A DNA stretch of 64,000 nucleotides from Chiloscyllium plagiosum (Eukaryota). The stretch is from assembly GCF_004010195.1 (NCBI RefSeq), contig NC_057718.1:81087666-81151665 (forward strand). The letters run 5' to 3'. Below, in pieces: positions 37,507 through 50,010 of this stretch (positions are counted from its first letter, which is position 1; each line of letters starts with the position of its first letter). The position numbers and the translations under genes were made by a program. The notes beneath the pieces were generated by a model. It was given only the letters and a program-made list of their open reading frames with translations, was not told the origin of the DNA and searched no databases.

Positions 37507-39959
37507 ATGTAATTAACAATTCTCATCACGCAGCATCCATCTGTAATCTTCCAATGCAGGTAGCTCAATCGACTGCTAAAGACATCATGACTGTTGCCAG
37601 GATATTGAACTTTAAGCTGCATAGTCCTTTAAAAGCATTCTCTCAGGAAATGGATGCAAGGGAGTGGAATTCCTTGTAGTTTTGATATTGCATAGAATTT
37701 ACATACACCACCCGCACTGAACTGTGTGTATTCAGCAGCATCCTGGATCCTGCAAAAAGTTTGCAATCCTTGTAAATAAAAAACCTGTGCTTACACCATA
37801 TGCTCCTCTATGGAAAGAGAAAATGAAGTGTTGTACTTCCTCATTGAAACATATGGCTGGTGCACTGTCCCTCATTTGGATTTCAGTCAGAGGAATGCTC
37901 CCTGCTCACTTTCTAAGACCCCTTATTCTTCTCCATCGTCTTGCCGCTTGCTGAGCCCTGCATTACTCTGCACATTCTCATTTATGCTGCACTGTAGTCA
38001 TGATTAGAAGCATCTGATTCATACAGAAATCTTGAAATCAAGACAAAGTCCTTCAAGACCTGTTAAACTATTCCCTGTCAACTGTAGTAACATGAAAGAA
38101 CACTAGAAACCACAAAATGCTTGTGATAACGTGGGGAAGATTGATACTTTCTCCGGTTTCTATGTTCAGCTCTGCATGAGTAAGAAAAGGTGTTCGCTGG
38201 ACAGTTGAGTTGTAAACTCATTGCTTGTTAGTTGATGTCTTGATTTGACTGTTTACATACTTCTGACAAGCGCTTATTATGCATGTGCTCACACATCTTG
38301 CGCATGATTGGCTTGCTGACTTAATTTTTGATCTCTTCAGGCCACTTGTCGATGCCAAAAAGCAAATACCAGAAATCTGAATTTCACATCAGAGGTGTTT
38401 GGCTTCAAAGGTTAACTGCAAGGATATGTTTTTCAAGTGTATATATTCAAGTTAAGACCAATTTGATCTGTAGAATAGATTTCTATGCCTTACTTTTCCA
38501 AAATATTCCTGTAAATATGTGCATTTGTCTACTTTGGATTTTATTGAGTAAGGATTGTGAACTTAATGGGTTTAGTCTTAGTCTCAAATCAATAGATTCT
38601 TTTTCTTCTGTAGCCTTTTGAGGATATGGCCCCAAATGCAGAATTGAGCCTTGTGTGTGTCTAACTAAAGCAGAATGCTTTAAAGAACCATTCAAAGAAA
38701 TGGCGTGTTTTACACTTTCTGACTAGGAACTGAAAAGGTCTGAAGTAGTAGTTTGGATTGAAAAGGATAGTCACTTGGATAGTTATGAATACTTGCTTTC
38801 GAGGGTAGCATTTTGTCATTCTAATATGTAAGGCGTAAACTGGAGGATCTTATTCTGGAATAGTACTGTTAAGTGACTTCTGAGTTTCTTGCCTGTTACT
38901 CAGGCGACAATAGTAGCAAAATCAAACTAGTCATAATTTGGCATTTACAGTACAAGTAAATTTAATGGTCTCTTCTAATAAATAAGCAGTAGCCTTTTAA
39001 AGTGCACATTCTACCACTTATACCACATAAACTAATGCCGTCATCAACTTGGACATTGAATAGTTTTAGAGTTGTTTTTAAATAACCTGTTCACATCTGA
39101 TATGATGTGCCTCTGCAGCAGGTGGGACTTGAATTTGGATCTTGGAGCTCAAACACTTCCTCCGCCACAAAAGCCTCCTTTGAGTTGTTTTACATCAATA
39201 ATAATTGCCTTCAAGTTAACTCTAGCCTGCAATGTGAAGATTAAAAGTGAAGGTAAAAATTGATGTACTTATGCAGAGAATATTGAGTACCTGGGGAAAT
39301 TCTGAGACTAAAGGTTTCAAATAATTTGATGAACCATTTGTGAAACCTAAGCAATTCATATGGCTTTAAATAAAATAGCTTGGACCTTTAGGACAATCTC
39401 TTGGGTTTTTTTTGTAACTGGAGCATTCTTAATGGATGAGGAAACTAAAATCCTAATGGCAATAAAAATAATCAATTTACTTAGTGCACATTCCATGTAA
39501 TTAAAGCAAGTAAATAATAACAGTCAAGGCTTTCAGGGACAGTTGACAGTTGATTGTGTAACCTTACAGTAATTAGATATTTATAGTCATTGTCAGTGGG
39601 CTTCTTCCTTTTCTTGAAATTTTTGACTGTATAAGTTGCACTTGTGTTCAGATTGGTTCACTTCACAAGTTAGTATTGCATTAAGCTGGTCTCCTAATGA
39701 AACAAAAGGCAGGCTATATCAGTTCTTTTAGTTCTTGCTTTATCTGGCATCTTTCCATTACATGGAATTTGGTAGAATGCAGGATTCAAAAGGCTTATGT
39801 CCAGTTATACTGATATGTAGCCAGATTAAAAAATATGGTTATTGTATTAGCATACCCTTGGCTAGTTGGAGACAAAGTCATTGCATGCTGCTCTACTTAA
39901 CACTTCTCATCCAGAAAACTGGCAGGAGTTGACAGATTGCTTGCATTAGCAGTGAGAAA

Positions 39960-40610
39960 GAAAGTTGTAGTCTGAGACCAATGAGAAAATTGTAGTCTAA
40001 GGCCAATGTTAAAAGTAAATTATTTACTTTTGAAGTATTGGTATTGAATACAAAATAAGGAAGTTGTGGTTTAGAAATCACTGGTTTAACCACAGGTAAT
40101 TCAGTGTACCACACTTTTGGAAAGATGTTAGAACCTTTTGAATGAGTACAGAGGATACTTTCTTGTATGGTTCCTTGGATGAGGATCTGTACTTTCATAT
40201 AAAAAGTAAAGAGAAGCAGAGATTGTATTCCTTTGAGTAAATTAAGTTAAAACTAGATTTAACTGAGGTCTTAACATTATACAGGGTTTTGAAAGCAGAA
40301 ATGGAGAGAAACTGTTTCCATTTGCAAGAGGGTTTGCAACCAGATTTTAAGTAAAAGGCAAAAATAAAACGCAGGTGAGACTTTTGATTCAGTAAGTTAT
40401 TATCTGGATGCATTGCCTGCACTAGTGCTGGAAAGAGATTTAATGATTAACTTCCACAAGTTCAAGTGGATAATTTCCTGGAAAGCAAAAGAAAATGCCT
40501 TGTCATGAAATACGATAAGGGGACTAAAACAAATTGGGTAGCTCTTTCAAAGAGCCTGCATGGTGAGGACAGGCTGAATGATTGCCACCTATGCTACATG
40601 ATTCCAGAGA
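39960..40610 (+). mobile_element. Old CR1 3' fragment
   Basis: Decayed RPHLEYCVQFW-like and RVQRILSCMVP segments, followed by a CR1-like 3' UTR. Confidence 0.6.
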
Positions 40611-41483
40611 AACTTTCCTTGGCTAACCTGGAGGAAGCACAGTAAAGTTGAAGACTTGGGACTTGGGCTGTCTTGCTTTTCATAGACAATGTGCCTTAAT
40701 AAGATCAGAAAAGGAAGGAGAAAGCATGAAAAAAAGACATAGTCCACTTTAGGTTGAAATTCAGAGTTGGAGCAATTATTATCTTCACAAATCCCACCTA
40801 TAAAATAGTGTCCTCGAATTTCCAGTTGTTCTTTCAGATGATCTGGGCTTTATGAAATAGCAGTTCATACATAGAACTTTATCGTGGTCTGTCATTCATT
40901 CCAAATCAATCAAGGTATTTCTGCCACCACACATGGCCCTTTATAGACCCTGTGGCAACTTAATGCTAACTCATATATGCCTGTCGGCTCCACTTAATGC
41001 CATTCTGTTAACCATGCTAACTTCCCAATTATCAACACAGGTAGACATCAGGATCCATTGTGAGATTAATTAAAGTTCTACTATTTCATAAAATCACCCA
41101 TTGATATTAAAAATATATTTTTTACCTTTTAAGTTCATTCTGACCCTAATAAGAACAGGCTTCCAATTCTTAGTTCCACTTGAATGAGTTTTTTTTAAGC
41201 ATTTGGAATCTGTCAATCAAACTATGAACAAACAGACACCCCAGTGGGATAATGAAGGGCAGTGAAATCAATTCTACTCATTATATACTAATTGTATATT
41301 AATCCAATAGCAACAAACAGTGAAATAGCAAGTAATTTTTTTAAACATGGAAGATCTTGATTCAAATATTTAAGGGGCAGAAATTTTAAATTCTCTTCTA
41401 ACTCCTTTGGCCCCTCGTTTTGGCAGTTTTCTTGACATTTCCAAAGAAGTTGGCTTTTCTCATGTGTTTGTGCACTTTTTCTC

Positions 41484-43875
41484 ACATATTCAGCGCCCTG
41501 GATGGAGGTGAGAGAAGTGGTGTATGGGCAAGTGTTGCACTTCGTTTGCTTGCAGGGGAGCAAACAAACCCAGGTAGGGATTGATGGGAATGTGTCATGA
41601 AGAAGGGAGTGAGAAGGGGATCAGTACTTGTGGAAGGCAGAGAGAAAGATGTTCTGGATAGAGGGGTGTAATTGGAGTTTGGCGGAAGTGTTTGAGGAAA
41701 AGGGCGGCTGCTGGGGTGCAAAGTGAGGACAAGGGGACTTTATCTTTATTAGATTGGGGAGATTTAAAGCAGTGGAGCAGGGAATGGAAGAAATGCAGTG
41801 AAGGGCCGTCTGGATTACGGCGGTGGGGGCAGTGTGAAAAACGTTTGAAATAAGACATCTGGGATGTTTGGGAGTGGAACATCAGAGCAGGTGCGATGGG
41901 AAAAAAAGGATTTGGGAAAACAGGATGGAGTTTTTGCAGGATACAGGGTGGGACTTGGTTTGTAGTAAATGCTGATCCATACTGTCATCAGAAATGGAAA
42001 CCGGGAGGTTGAGAAATGGGAGGAAGGAGTCTGAGATAGACCAAGTGGGCGGCACGGTGGCACAGTAGTGGGCGGCACGGTGGCACAGTGTGGGCGGCAC
42101 GGTGGCACAGTGGTTAGCACTGCTGCCTCGCAGCGCCAGAGACCCGGGTTCAATTCCCGACTCAGGCGACTGACTGTGTGGAGTTTGCACGTTCTCCCCG
42201 TGTCTGCGTGGGTTTCCTCCGGGTGCTCCGGTTTCCTCCCACAGTCCAAAGAGGTGCAGGTTAGGTGAATTGGCCATACTAAATTGCCCGTAGTGTTAGG
42301 TAAGGGGTAAAAAGGGGTATGGGTGGGTTTCGCTTCGGCGGGTCGGTGTGGACTTGTTGGGCCGAAGGGCCTGTTTCCACACTGTAATCTAATCTAAAAA
42401 AAAAATCTAAAGTGAATTTGAGGGCAGGATGCAAACTGTTAGCCAATTGAGTGAACTGCTCCAGTTCAGCCGGTACGAGATGCAGCACCGATGTAATCAT
42501 CAATGTAACAGTGAAAGAATTGTGGAACAGTACCTGTGTATGTACTGAAGAGGGACTGTTCAACATAACTGACAAAGAAGCAAGAGTAACTAGGCGCATG
42601 CGAGTGTCCAGGGCCACCCTTGGATTTGGAGAAAGAATTGAAGGAAAAGTTATTGAGGTGAGGGCTAATTTAGTGAGGTGGAGGGGGACTGGGTGGGTCT
42701 GTTGGAGAGTTAAAAACTGAAGATCTGCAGGCTGTCATTGTAGGGTATGGACATGTATAAGGACTGCACGTCTGTAGTGAAGGTGAAGCGCTGTGTGTCA
42801 GGGAACTGGAAGTTTCCAAAGGGGTGGGAAAGGTTTGTGTGGGAAGTAGGTGGGAAGTGCCTGGACCAAGGAGGGGAGAATGGAGTCAAGGTAGGATAAA
42901 ATGAGTTCAAGGAGTAGGGGCATGTGGAAACAACAGGTTGACCGGGGTATTTGGCCTTGTGGATCTTGGGGTGCATGTAGAACTGGGCAGTGTAGGGTTG
43001 GGAGACTATGTAGTTGGAGGTGGTGGAGGGGAGATCATCAGAGGTAATGAGGTCCTGGATAGTTTTGAAGATGGTGGCTTGATAGCACGTGGTGTTGGAC
43101 AGCTGGTGTTTGACCTCTACGACATAGAGGTCTGTCCTCCAGACTACTGCCTTTGTCAATGGGTTTGATAGTGAATTGGGTATTAGTACAGAGAAGTGGA
43201 GCGCTGCACATTCAAAGGGATTGAGGTTTGAATGGGTGAGGGGATTGGAGAAGTTGAGGTGGTTGATGTTATGTCGACAATCAGCAATAAAGAAGTCAAG
43301 GGCATGTGGTCTTCTCGACATTGATGAGATCCAATGTAGACTCGGTGTCCGCTTCACCGAGCATCTTCGCTGGGCATGAAATGGAGAGCCTGACATCCTG
43401 GTCACCACCCATTTTAATTCCCCCTCCCATTCCTCCGACATGTCCATCCTTGGCCTCTTCCATTTCTGCCGTGAATCAGACTGCAAATTGAAGGAACATA
43501 TCTTCTGCCTGGGCAACCTATAGCCCAGAGGACTTAACATCGAGTTTTCAAATTGCAGATAAGCTTCCCACCCATCCTGTGGCTCCCTTTTCAGCCCCAC
43601 CTCTTCCCTTCTGTTCCACCGACCCTTCCAGCTACCAACCGGATTCATCCCTCCCATTGACCAACCAGGTTGTACCCACTACCTGTGTTTAACTCTCACT
43701 ATCTCACCATTCTGATACTCTCCTCACCATAACCCCCCCAAACTCCATCTCTTTTTCTATAGCCCTCCCTACCCCCATACCTAGTCCTGAAGAGGAGTTA
43801 TACCTGAAATGTTGGTTTCTCCACCACCTGATGCTGCCAAGCTTGCTGTGTTGTTCCAGCCTCCTGTTTGTCTAT
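41484..43875. mobile_element. Penelope-like element with 5' inversion (RT on minus 43300-41484; GIY-YIG end and terminus on plus 43300-43875)
   Basis: Minus: FYMHPKIHK..PGQPVVSTC, FTTDVQSLYMSIP, MALDTRM, LHPALKFT/WSIS, PCKQTKCNTCPY. Plus: CGLLDIDEIQCRLGVRFTEHL, and a terminus with CTGAAGA (43787) ... GAAATGTT. Confidence 0.85.
42045..42409 (+). mobile_element. Young HE1-like V-SINE with triplicated 5' end, inserted in the PLE RT
   Basis: A-box, B-box GGTTCAATTCC, V-domain and (TAATC)n/A tail, CpGs retained. Short TSD AAGTG (42043-42047, 42410-42414). Removing it restores the PLE reading ALKFTWSISD. Confidence 0.93.
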
Positions 43876-43959
43876 GTGAAAAATCTGGCTCCAAAGAAGC
43901 AGCCAGAAGCTACAAAAAGGCACAACTAAAAGAAGACATAGTAATGTGGAAACAGCAAC

Positions 43960-44190
43960 AAGGAATGTGCCAGAGGGTGCTACATGTATGGAGTGAGCTG
44001 CTAGAGGAAGTGGAGGCGAGTACAATTGCAACATTTAAAAGGCATTTGGATGGATATATGAATAGGAAGGGTTTGAAGGGATATGGGCCAGGTGCTGACA
44101 AGTGGTACTAGATTGGGTTGGGATATCTGGTTGGCATGGATGAGTTGGACCAAAGGGTCTGTATCAGTGCTGTACATCTCTATGACTCTT
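43960..44190 (+). mobile_element. CR1 3' end
   Basis: QRVLHVWSELLEEVEASTIATFKRHLDGYM plus tail CTCTATGACTCT. Confidence 0.85.
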
Positions 44191-44319
44191 AGTATTCTTG
44201 ATCTCGTCTAATGCTAGAAATAATGTTGGTGAGCTCATGGATAGTATCAATGTTGAGAGTCATTAATACTGGTAGTCCTGCCACAGCTGGTCCACTCATA
44301 TTTATCATTGATCCCTAAA

Positions 44320-44630
44320 GTGCAGAAAGAGATGATTTGGCCTGTTGAGTGTATATCAACCCTCAGACCATCCCACGCAGCCCCTCATCCCATCCGCATA
44401 ACCCCATCTATATCACAGCTAACCAACCTAACCTGTACATCCCTGGACACTATGGGCCAATTTACCATGGTCAATCCACATAATACTCGCATCTTTGTGT
44501 GTGGGAGGAAACCAGAGCACCCAGAGGAAATCCCGCCCCCCCCGCCCCACACACAGAGAATGTACAAATTCCATACAGCCAGTTACCCAGGGCTGAATCA
44601 AACCAAACTCCCTGGTATTAAAATGCACCA
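44320..44630 (-). mobile_element. Old V-SINE
   Basis: Reverse complement contains TGTATGGAATTTGTACATTCTCTGTGTGTG and GGTGCTCTGGTTTCCTCCCAC. Confidence 0.75.
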
Positions 44631-45424
44631 ACGCAAGGCCGAAACACAGAAACCAAGAAACTCAGTAGGAGTAAGCCATTCGGCCCTTTTAGACCACTCC
44701 ACCATTTAATATGATGACAGCTGATCCTCTACATCTCAGCCATATTTCGAGTTTTTCCACTTACCTTTGATGCCTTTAACTGTTGAAAAAGATTTTCCTC
44801 TGTGCTAAACAGAATGAATATGGCACATAATGTATCTGTCAAGGATATGATTAAGGTTTTTTTTTGCCTGTCTGGCAATTGGAAATTTGGAGAAAGATTC
44901 TGTGAATCTCAAAATGAAGCCATCTTCATTTGCAGTGATTAGATCAGTGGTGATTTTGGACTAAAGGACTGACAGAATCTTGTGTGGGTGCAGAGGTTCT
45001 CTCTTACTGTGGCTGTGTCCCTTCACCCTGTCATTTCAATGCCACTGTTAATCTTTAGCCAGTAGACCACATTGCATGCCAATTATTTTGTCCACTTTAT
45101 ATGTTTATATTATGTTTATATGTTCTGGTGGATAACTTAGGTACCAAAATATTATTTTTCTTCAAAGTTAATGCCTCTTGAAACACTGACTCATCTGTAA
45201 GGCCAAAAGCATCTGTGTGTACCTGACACTTTTTATCCCTTCAGACCACTCCTCAGTGATAACTTTACACTGTACCTTCTGCTGAAGTCGCTTCAAGCCA
45301 TGATCCAGCCAATTTCACCCAGGTGTAAGACACAAATCTTGACAAATAAGAGCGAATGAAGCTTGTGCATGACCAGCATGAGTTTTCTGCAGCAGCCTGT
45401 GACTGCTGGAGCAAGATAGAATCT

Positions 45425-46008
45425 TTCTGGATGTATGTTTGCTCGCTGAGCTGGAAGGTTCATTTTCAGACATTTCATCACCATACGAGGTAACATCTTC
45501 AGTGAGCCTCCGGATGAAGCACTGCTGATGATTCCTGCTTTCTATTCATATGTTTGGGTTTCTTTGGGTTGGTGATGTCATTTCCTCTGGTGATTCAATT
45601 CCTGTTCTTTTTCTCAGAAATTGAGTCCAAGTCAGTGTGTTTGTTGATGGAGTTCCGGTTGGAATGCCATGCTTCTAGGAATTCTCGTGCGTGTCTCTGT
45701 TTGGCTTGTCCTAGGATGGATGTGTTGTCCCAGTTGAAGTGGTGTCCTTCCTTATCTGTATGTAAGGATACCAGTGAAAGAGGGTCATGTCATTTTGTGG
45801 CTAGTTGATGTTCATGTATCCTGCTGGCTAGTTGTCTGCTTGTTTGTCCAATGTAATGTTTGTTATAGTACTTGCACAGTATTTTGAAAATGACATTAGT
45901 TTTGCTTGTTATCTGTATAGGGTCTTTCAAGTTCATTAACTGCTGTTTTAATGTATTGGTGGGTCTGCGGGCTACCATGATGCCAAGGGGTCTGAATAGT
46001 CTGGCACT
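45425..46008 (-). mobile_element. Penelope-like element 3' fragment (distinct family) with GIY-YIG remnant and hammerhead core
   Basis: ORF NVIFKILCKYYNKHYIGQTSRQLASRIHEHQ. Minus 45505-45466 reads TCA-CTGAAGA-T-GTTACC(TCGTAT)GGTGAT-GAAA-TG-TC-TGA. Confidence 0.85.
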
Positions 46009-48120
46009 ATTTTATCCAAACCTTTTATCATCTGGTATACCTAAATTTGATCTCCTCTCAGTCTTCTAAATTCCAGAGATTAAAGGCCAAAACTGTTCAG
46101 TTTCTCTTCATATGACAAACCTCTCATCTCTGAGATCAATCAAGTGAACTTCCTCTGTGTGGCTATCCCCATTTCAAACAAGTATGCTGTTTTGGAAAAT
46201 GTAGGGGGTAATGGATTCTCAAGGGAACGTAGCACGAACAGCCAAGTTTCTGGTATTGAGACTGGCTCTAATGCAATGAGGGATACGTCAGGTTTGAAGA
46301 GATCAATTGTTTTGGGGACTCTCTAGTCCAAAGTACAGATAGACGTTTCTGCGGCCAGCAGCGAAAAATCAGAATGGTGTGTTGCTTCCCTGGTGCTAGG
46401 ATCAAGGATGTCTGAGAGGGTGCAGAATTTTCTCAAGGGGGAGAGGGGTCAGCAGGAGTTCGTTTTACACATTGGAACCAACAACGTAAGAAGGAAAAAG
46501 GTTGAGATTCTAAAGGGAGATTACCAAGAGTTAGGTAGGAATTTTAAAAAGGAGGACCTCAAGAGTAGTAATATCTGGATTACTCCCAGTGCTACAAGCT
46601 AGTGAGGGCAGGAATAGGAGGATAGAGCAGATGAATGCATGGCTGAGGAACTGGTGTATTAGAGAAAGATTCACATTTTTGTATCATTGGAATCTCTTTT
46701 GGGGTATGAAGTGACCTGCACAAGGAGGACAGACTGCACCTAAATTGGAAGGTGACTAATATACTGGCAGGGAGATTTACTAGAGCTGTTCAGGAGGATT
46801 TAAACTAGGAAGGTAGGGGGTTGGGACCCAGGGAGATAGTGAGGAAAGAGATCAATCTGAGACTGGTACAGTTGAGAACAGAAGCGAGTCAAACAGTCAG
46901 GGCAGGCAGGGACAAAGCGGAGAACAAGGTAAGACTGATAAATTAAACTGCATTTATTTCAATGCAAAGGGCCCAACGGGGAAGGCAGATGAACCCAGAG
47001 GTTAGGAACATGGGACTGGGATATCATAGCAATTACAGAAACATAGCTTATGGATGGACAGGACTGGCAGCTTAATGTTCCAGGATACAAATGTTACAGG
47101 AAGGATAGAAAAGAAGGCAAGAGAGGAGTGGGCGTGGCGTTTTTAATAAGGGATAGCATTACTGCTGTACTGAGGGAGGATATTCCCGAAAATACATCAG
47201 AGAAATTATTTGGTTGGAACTGAAAATAAGAAAGGGATGATCACCTTATTGGAATTGTATTAGAGTCCCCTAATAGTCAGAGGGAAATTGAGAAACAAAT
47301 TTCGTGATCTGGAAGAATAATAGGTTGTTTATGATTTTAACTTTCCAAACATAGACTAGGACTGCCATAGTATTAAGGGTTTAGATGGAGAAGAACTTGT
47401 TAAGTGTGTACAAGAAAATTTTCTGATTCAGTATGTGGATGTACCTACGAGAGAAAGGTCAATTCTGCACGACTTTTGGGAGGCAGAACAGGTGACTGAG
47501 GTGCCGGGGGGGAGCACTTTGGGGCCAGTGACCATAATTCTATTAGTTTTAAAATAGTGATGGAAAAGGATAGACCAGATCTAAAAGATGAAGCTCTAAA
47601 TTGGAGGAAGGCCAATTTTGACAGTATTATGCAAGAATTTTCAGAAGCTGATTGGGACAGATGTTCGCAGGTAAACAGATGGCTGGAAAATGGGAAACCT
47701 TCAGAAATGAGACAACGAGAGTCCAGAGCAAGTATATTTGTGTCAGGGTGAAAGGGAAAGCTGGTAGGTATATGGAATGCTGGATGACTAAAGAAATTGA
47801 GGGTTTGGTTAAGAAAAAGAAGGAAGCATACGTCAGGTATAGACAGGATAGATCGAGTGAATCCGTAAAAGAGTGTAAAGGCAGTAGGAGTATACATAAG
47901 AAGGAAATCAGGAGACATGAGATAGTCTTGGCAAGTAGCATTAAGGAGAATCCAAAATGTTTTTACAAATACATTAAGGACAACAGAGTAACTAGGGGGA
48001 GAATAGGGCCCCTCAAAGATCAGCAAGGTGGCCTTTGTGTGGAGCCACAGAAAATGGGGGAGATACTAAACAAGTATTTTGCATCAGTATTTACTGTGGA
48101 GAAAGACATGGAAGATATCA

Positions 48121-48345
48121 TTCTCCCCGTGTCTGCGTGGGTTTCTTCCGGATGCTCCGGTTTCCTCCCACAGTCCAAAAATGTGCAGGTTAGATGAATT
48201 GGCCATGCTAAATTGCCTGTAGTGTTAGGTGAAAGAGTAAATGTAGGGGATGGGTCTGGGTGGGTTGCTCTTCGAGGGTCGTTATGGACTTGTTGGGCCG
48301 AAGGGCCTGTTTCCACACTGGAAGTAATCTAATCTAATCTATATT
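48121..48345 (+). mobile_element. 5'-truncated HE1-like V-SINE
   Basis: TTCTCCCCGTGTCTGCGTGGGTTT...GGGCCGAAGGGCCTGTTTCCACACTG plus (TAATC)3. Closely similar to the 3' part of 42045-42409. Confidence 0.9.
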
Positions 48346-49176
48346 TAGAACGTAGGGAAATAGACGGTAACACTTTGCAAAATGTCCATATTACAGAGGA
48401 GTAAGTGCTGGATGTCTTCAAACATAAAGTTGGATAAATCCCCAGGACCTGATGAGGTGTACCCTAGAACTCTGTGGGAGGCTAGAGAAGTAATTGCTGG
48501 GCCTCTTGCTGAGATATTTGTATCATTGATAGTTACAGGTGAGGTGCCAGCAGACTGGATGTTGGCTAACGTGGTGCCAATGTTTAAGAAAGATGGTAAG
48601 GACAAGCCAGGGAACTATAGACCAGTGAGCCTGACCTCGGTGGTGGGCACGTTGTTGGAGGGAATCCTGAGGGACAGGATGTACATGTATTTGGAAAGGC
48701 AAGGACTGATTCAGGATAGTCAACATGGCTTTGTGCGTGGGAAATCATGTCTCACAAACTTGATTGAGTTTTTTTCAAGAAGTAACAGAGAGGATTGATG
48801 AGGGCAGAGTGGTAGATGTGATCTAAATGGACTTCAGTAAGGCGTTTGACAAAGTTCCCCATGGGAGACTGGTTAGCAAGGTTAGATCTCATGGAACATA
48901 GGGAGAACTAGCCATTTGGATACAGAGAACGCTTAACGGTAGAAGACAGAGGGTGGTGGTGGAGTGTTACTTTTCAGACTGGAAGCCTGTGACCAGTGGA
49001 GTGCCACAAGGATCAGTGCTGGGTCCACTTCTTTTTGTCATTTATATGTGTGCATAAGACGTATAGTTAGTAAGTTTTCAGATGACAACAAAATTGGAGA
49101 GGTAGTGGACAGTGAAGAAGTTTACCTCAGATTACAACGAGTTCTTGATCAGATGGGCCAGTGGGCTGAGAAGTGG

Positions 49177-50010
49177 TTATAGAGTCATAGAGATGTACAG
49201 CATGGAAACAGACCCTTCGGTCCAACTCATCCATGCCGATCAGATGTCCCAACCCAATCTAGTCCCACCTACCAGCACTCGGGGCATATCCCTCCAAACC
49301 CTTCCAATTCATATACCCATCCAAATGCCTCTGAAATGTTGCAATTGTACCAGCTTCCACCACTTCCTCTGGCAGCTCATTCCATACATGTAGCACCCTC
49401 TGCATGAAAAAGTTGTCCCTTAGGTCTCTTTTATATCTTTCCCCTCTCACCCTAAACCTATGCCCTCTAGTTCTAGACTCCCCATCCCCTGGGAAAAAAC
49501 TTTGACTATTTACCCTATCCATGCCCCTCATAATTTTGTAAACCTCTTCAGGTCACCTTTCAGGTCACCCCCTCAGCTTCCGGCGCTCCAGGGAAAACAG
49601 CCCCAGCCTGTTTAGCCTCTCCCTGTAGCTCAGATCCTCCAACCCTGGCAACATCCTTGTAAATCTTTTCTGAACCCTTTCAAGTTTCACAGCATCTTTC
49701 CGATGGGAAGGAGACCAGAATTGCACACAATATTCCAACAGTGGTCTAACCAATGTCCTATACAGCCGCAACATGACTTTCCAACTCCTGTACTCAATAC
49801 TCTGACCAATAAAGGAAAGTTTACCAAACACCACCTTCACTATCCTATCTACCTGCAACTCCACTTTCAAGGAGCTATGAACCTGCAGTCCAAGGTCTTT
49901 GTTCAGCAACGCTCCCTAGGACCTTACCATTAAGTGTATAAGTCCTGCTAAGATTTGCTTTCCCAAAATGCAGTACTTCGCATTTATCCGAATTAAATCC
50001 ATCTGCCACT
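49177..50010 (-). mobile_element. CR1 3' segment in inverted orientation
   Basis: Minus ORFs LVRPLLEYCVQFWSP...RKLRG and RTRGHRFRVRGERY; tail at 49177-49195. Confidence 0.92.

Noticed and set aside
42045..42111. CRISPR-like direct repeats
   Set aside because: Adjacent repeats without spacers, forming the 5' end of a vertebrate SINE; no cas genes.
42090..42165. tRNA gene
   Set aside because: A/B boxes continue into the V-domain and a LINE-like tail, so it is a SINE head. The same applies to 11755 and 61198.
42710..43657. 315-aa ORF as a novel gene
   Set aside because: Chimeric read-through across the PLE inversion junction: antisense nuclease region fused to an RT fragment.
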